This document shows positions 62,046 through 64,000 of a stretch of 64,000 nt of DNA, piece by piece; position 1 is the first letter of the stretch, and every line of letters begins with the position of its first letter. Source of the DNA: Opitutales bacterium (GTDB taxonomy: Bacteria > Verrucomicrobiota > Verrucomicrobiia > Opitutales > UBA2987); assembly GCA_965226885.1 (NCBI GenBank), contig CBDDEL010000015.1:128001-192000 (forward strand). Reading direction: 5' to 3'. The notes beneath the pieces are model-generated. The model was not told the DNA's origin. It did not search any database and was given only the letters and a program-made list of their open reading frames with translations. The position numbers were made by a program, and so were the translations under genes.

Positions 62046-62087
62046 TCTCAAGAGTATTACCCCATTTCTCAAGAGTATTACCCCATT
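62046..62087. repeat. 21-bp perfect tandem duplication over the receptor translation-initiation region
   Basis: TCTCAAGAGTATTACCCCATT x2. Confidence 0.9.
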
Positions 62088-62193
62088 GAATTTAAAAATC
62101 TATAAAAATCGTAAGTATTTTTTTAAATTTATTCGTCAATCACGGCTACCCTGAGTTTACGCATTAATCTATAAATGTTTCCAAATGAACAAG

Positions 62194-63246
62194 CTAATGC
62201 CTATTTCCATAGTTTTGATAGATATTATTGTATGATACAATTCTTGAATTGGTTTTATTAAAATTCATTCCGGCTATGTTTCTTATCCTGCTTAAAAACC
62301 AGAGGCACGAATGGAATGGAACGAAATTCAACCGTTTAAAAAGCGGTCGATTTCCGAGGAAAACCCGGCGTTTCCCGCCCTGGCAATTCTGCGGATTTAC
62401 CACGAATCCATTGTCGTATATGAACTCTTCGACTTCATCGGCCGTCCAGGTAGTAATTTTTTTCGGGGTGAACAGGTTGTCGGGAATTTCCTGGTCGATC
62501 CTACCCTCGATGACGGTAAAAACGGTTATGGAATTTTTGCTCTTGTTTTCCATCACTGCCCGCCGGGGCCTGGTGGTTATGCCTTTGATCTGTGGCGAAT
62601 GGTAATCAAATGCGCTGAAAGTCTTTAAGAGTTCATCAGACTGCCCATAATAATCGATCTTGAGCAAATCGTATTCCTCTTTCTCAATATACATATTCCG
62701 GTATTGGTAGGTATTGCCTTCTTCCTGGGAGTTGGACCGGGCTTTCACGCTATAGCATTCGACGCCGTTGATAAAGACGTCTTCCAGCCGCTCATAACGA
62801 AAATTGGACGGTGTTTCCCGGAGTAAATCCTGAAAAGTAAAATCCGATCCCAAAAAGGAGCCCGACTGGCTCTTGCCCCTGAGCCTGCGGGCCTCACCGA
62901 CATCGGGTAGATATAGATATTGATCAATCTCCTTCATTTTGTTTTCCACCGCCAGCAAGGTAACGCCTTGCACCTCGGCAGGCCGGACAATTCGGATCAG
63001 GTAAGAGCGGCCCCCGTCCGGATTCTTTCTATAAACGGCCAAAACCCGGCGTTCGACAACGCTGGGGCCGGGGCTGATTATTGACATTTTGATATAATCC
63101 AGCTCCGAATACACTTCCTGTTTCTCAACATATTTATCGATGATCTGAGCGCCGGTGAGGGCCTTTTCATGATGCATGGCCGCCAAAGAAACGGCCAACA
63201 GCGAAATTGTGGATAAAAGGATCAGACGGGTTAAGATTGTGATCAT
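62194..63246 (-). CDS. Outer-membrane lipoprotein-sorting (LolA-like) protein
   Basis: Signal peptide from 63246; PAEVQGVTLL, QYLYLP and FLGSDFTFQDL motifs; last ~60 aa look like a read-through extension. Confidence 0.8.
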   Translation of the reverse strand: MITILTRLILLSTISLLAVSLAAMHHEKALTGAQIIDKYVEKQEVYSELDYIKMSIISPGPSVVERRVLAVYRKNPDGGRSYLIRIVRPAEVQGVTLLAVENKMKEIDQYLYLPDVGEARRLRGKSQSGSFLGSDFTFQDLLRETPSNFRYERLEDVFINGVECYSVKARSNSQEEGNTYQYRNMYIEKEEYDLLKIDYYGQSDELLKTFSAFDYHSPQIKGITTRPRRAVMENKSKNSITVFTVIEGRIDQEIPDNLFTPKKITTWTADEVEEFIYDNGFVVNPQNCQGGKRRVFLGNRPLFKRLNFVPFHSCLWFLSRIRNIAGMNFNKTNSRIVSYNNIYQNYGNRH

Positions 63247-63361
63247 AGGCTGTAATAGGCAGGGATAGATTATTTTGAGCGTCAAGACCAGCTTAGGAAG
63301 TTTTCTTCTTTTCTGGCGAGGAAAATCGCAAGGTGCTGAGGGATGCCATATCCTCCATCCC

Positions 63362-64000
63362 TCAACCTGATTCGGGTATGGGTCTATAGTTTTTGGCCAT
63401 TTGACTATAATGCTCATGCTCGCTTTTTTTGCCCCTTTTCAAGGACCCTTGGGCGTAAATGCGGCATTTTCGAGTCAACACCTCTTTGGCGGCGAGAACA
63501 TCGTCCCCGCTTATCCGTCCGGAATCCAGAATATTGCGCAGGGCGCGAATCCGGTAGCGGTCCAGGCCCCATTGAGATGAAAGCTGATCGGCATGACCGC
63601 CATATTTAACTGTCAGCGGCTCTTCCACGCAGTGAACCTCGAAGCGGGCGCTGATGCGCAGCCACAGGTCGTAATCTTCACAGGCTGGCAGGGATTCATC
63701 GAAGAGGCCCACGGCATCGAATACTTCCCTTTTGATCAAAACCGATGAAGGGGAAATGGCGCACAATTCCAGGCATTTTTGAAAAATCCATCCCGACGGT
63801 TTGCGGTGCTTCTTTTTTTGGCCGATCGGTCGGCCGTTTTTTAACCAGATTTCGCCCGTATGGCAAATTTTCATTTCCGCATGGCGGGCCAGCAATTCCA
63901 TTTGCTTCTCCAGTTTTTGCGGCTGCCAGGCATCGTCGGAATCCAAAAAAGCGAGCCAGTCGCCGGTGGCTTTGTTGATCCCGGCATTGCGGGCGGCGCT
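63362..64000 (-). CDS. GT2 glycosyltransferase (3' part; starts beyond the window)
   Basis: SAARNAGI, AFLDSDD and CEDYDLWLR motifs. Confidence 0.9.
   Translation of the reverse strand, partial: SAARNAGINKATGDWLAFLDSDDAWQPQKLEKQMELLARHAEMKICHTGEIWLKNGRPIGQKKKHRKPSGWIFQKCLELCAISPSSVLIKREVFDAVGLFDESLPACEDYDLWLRISARFEVHCVEEPLTVKYGGHADQLSSQWGLDRYRIRALRNILDSGRISGDDVLAAKEVLTRKCRIYAQGSLKRGKKSEHEHYSQMAKNYRPIPESG

Overview
Bacterial chromosomal window; the gene content suggests Verrucomicrobiota/Opitutae, possibly host- or sponge-associated, but this is inference only. Housekeeping blocks are metH, a large NAD-glutamate dehydrogenase, astA-astD-astB, a Fur/Irr regulator-sufCBD-sufT operon, SulP, SDRs and glycosyltransferases. 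They are interleaved with decaying accessory DNA: eight IS copies or fragments (IS21, two IS5-like, two IS1380, IS3, two IS1) plus a 29-bp IS1 scar. Four things stand out. (1) A ~110-aa Trp-rich C-terminal domain is shared by four signal-peptide proteins with unrelated passenger regions (CAP, two internalin-like LRR, lamin-tail/Calx-like), making it a candidate surface sorting or anchoring system. (2) A tandem array of LRR genes has variation concentrated on the predicted concave face and mosaic C-terminal domains. (3) A four-cassette integron array (attI-like site plus attC sites) has no integrase and carries unusual cargo. (4) At least ten perfect 4-30 bp tandem micro-duplications occur, several of which frameshift genes or remove a stop codon. 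No rRNA, tRNA or CRISPR array was seen.
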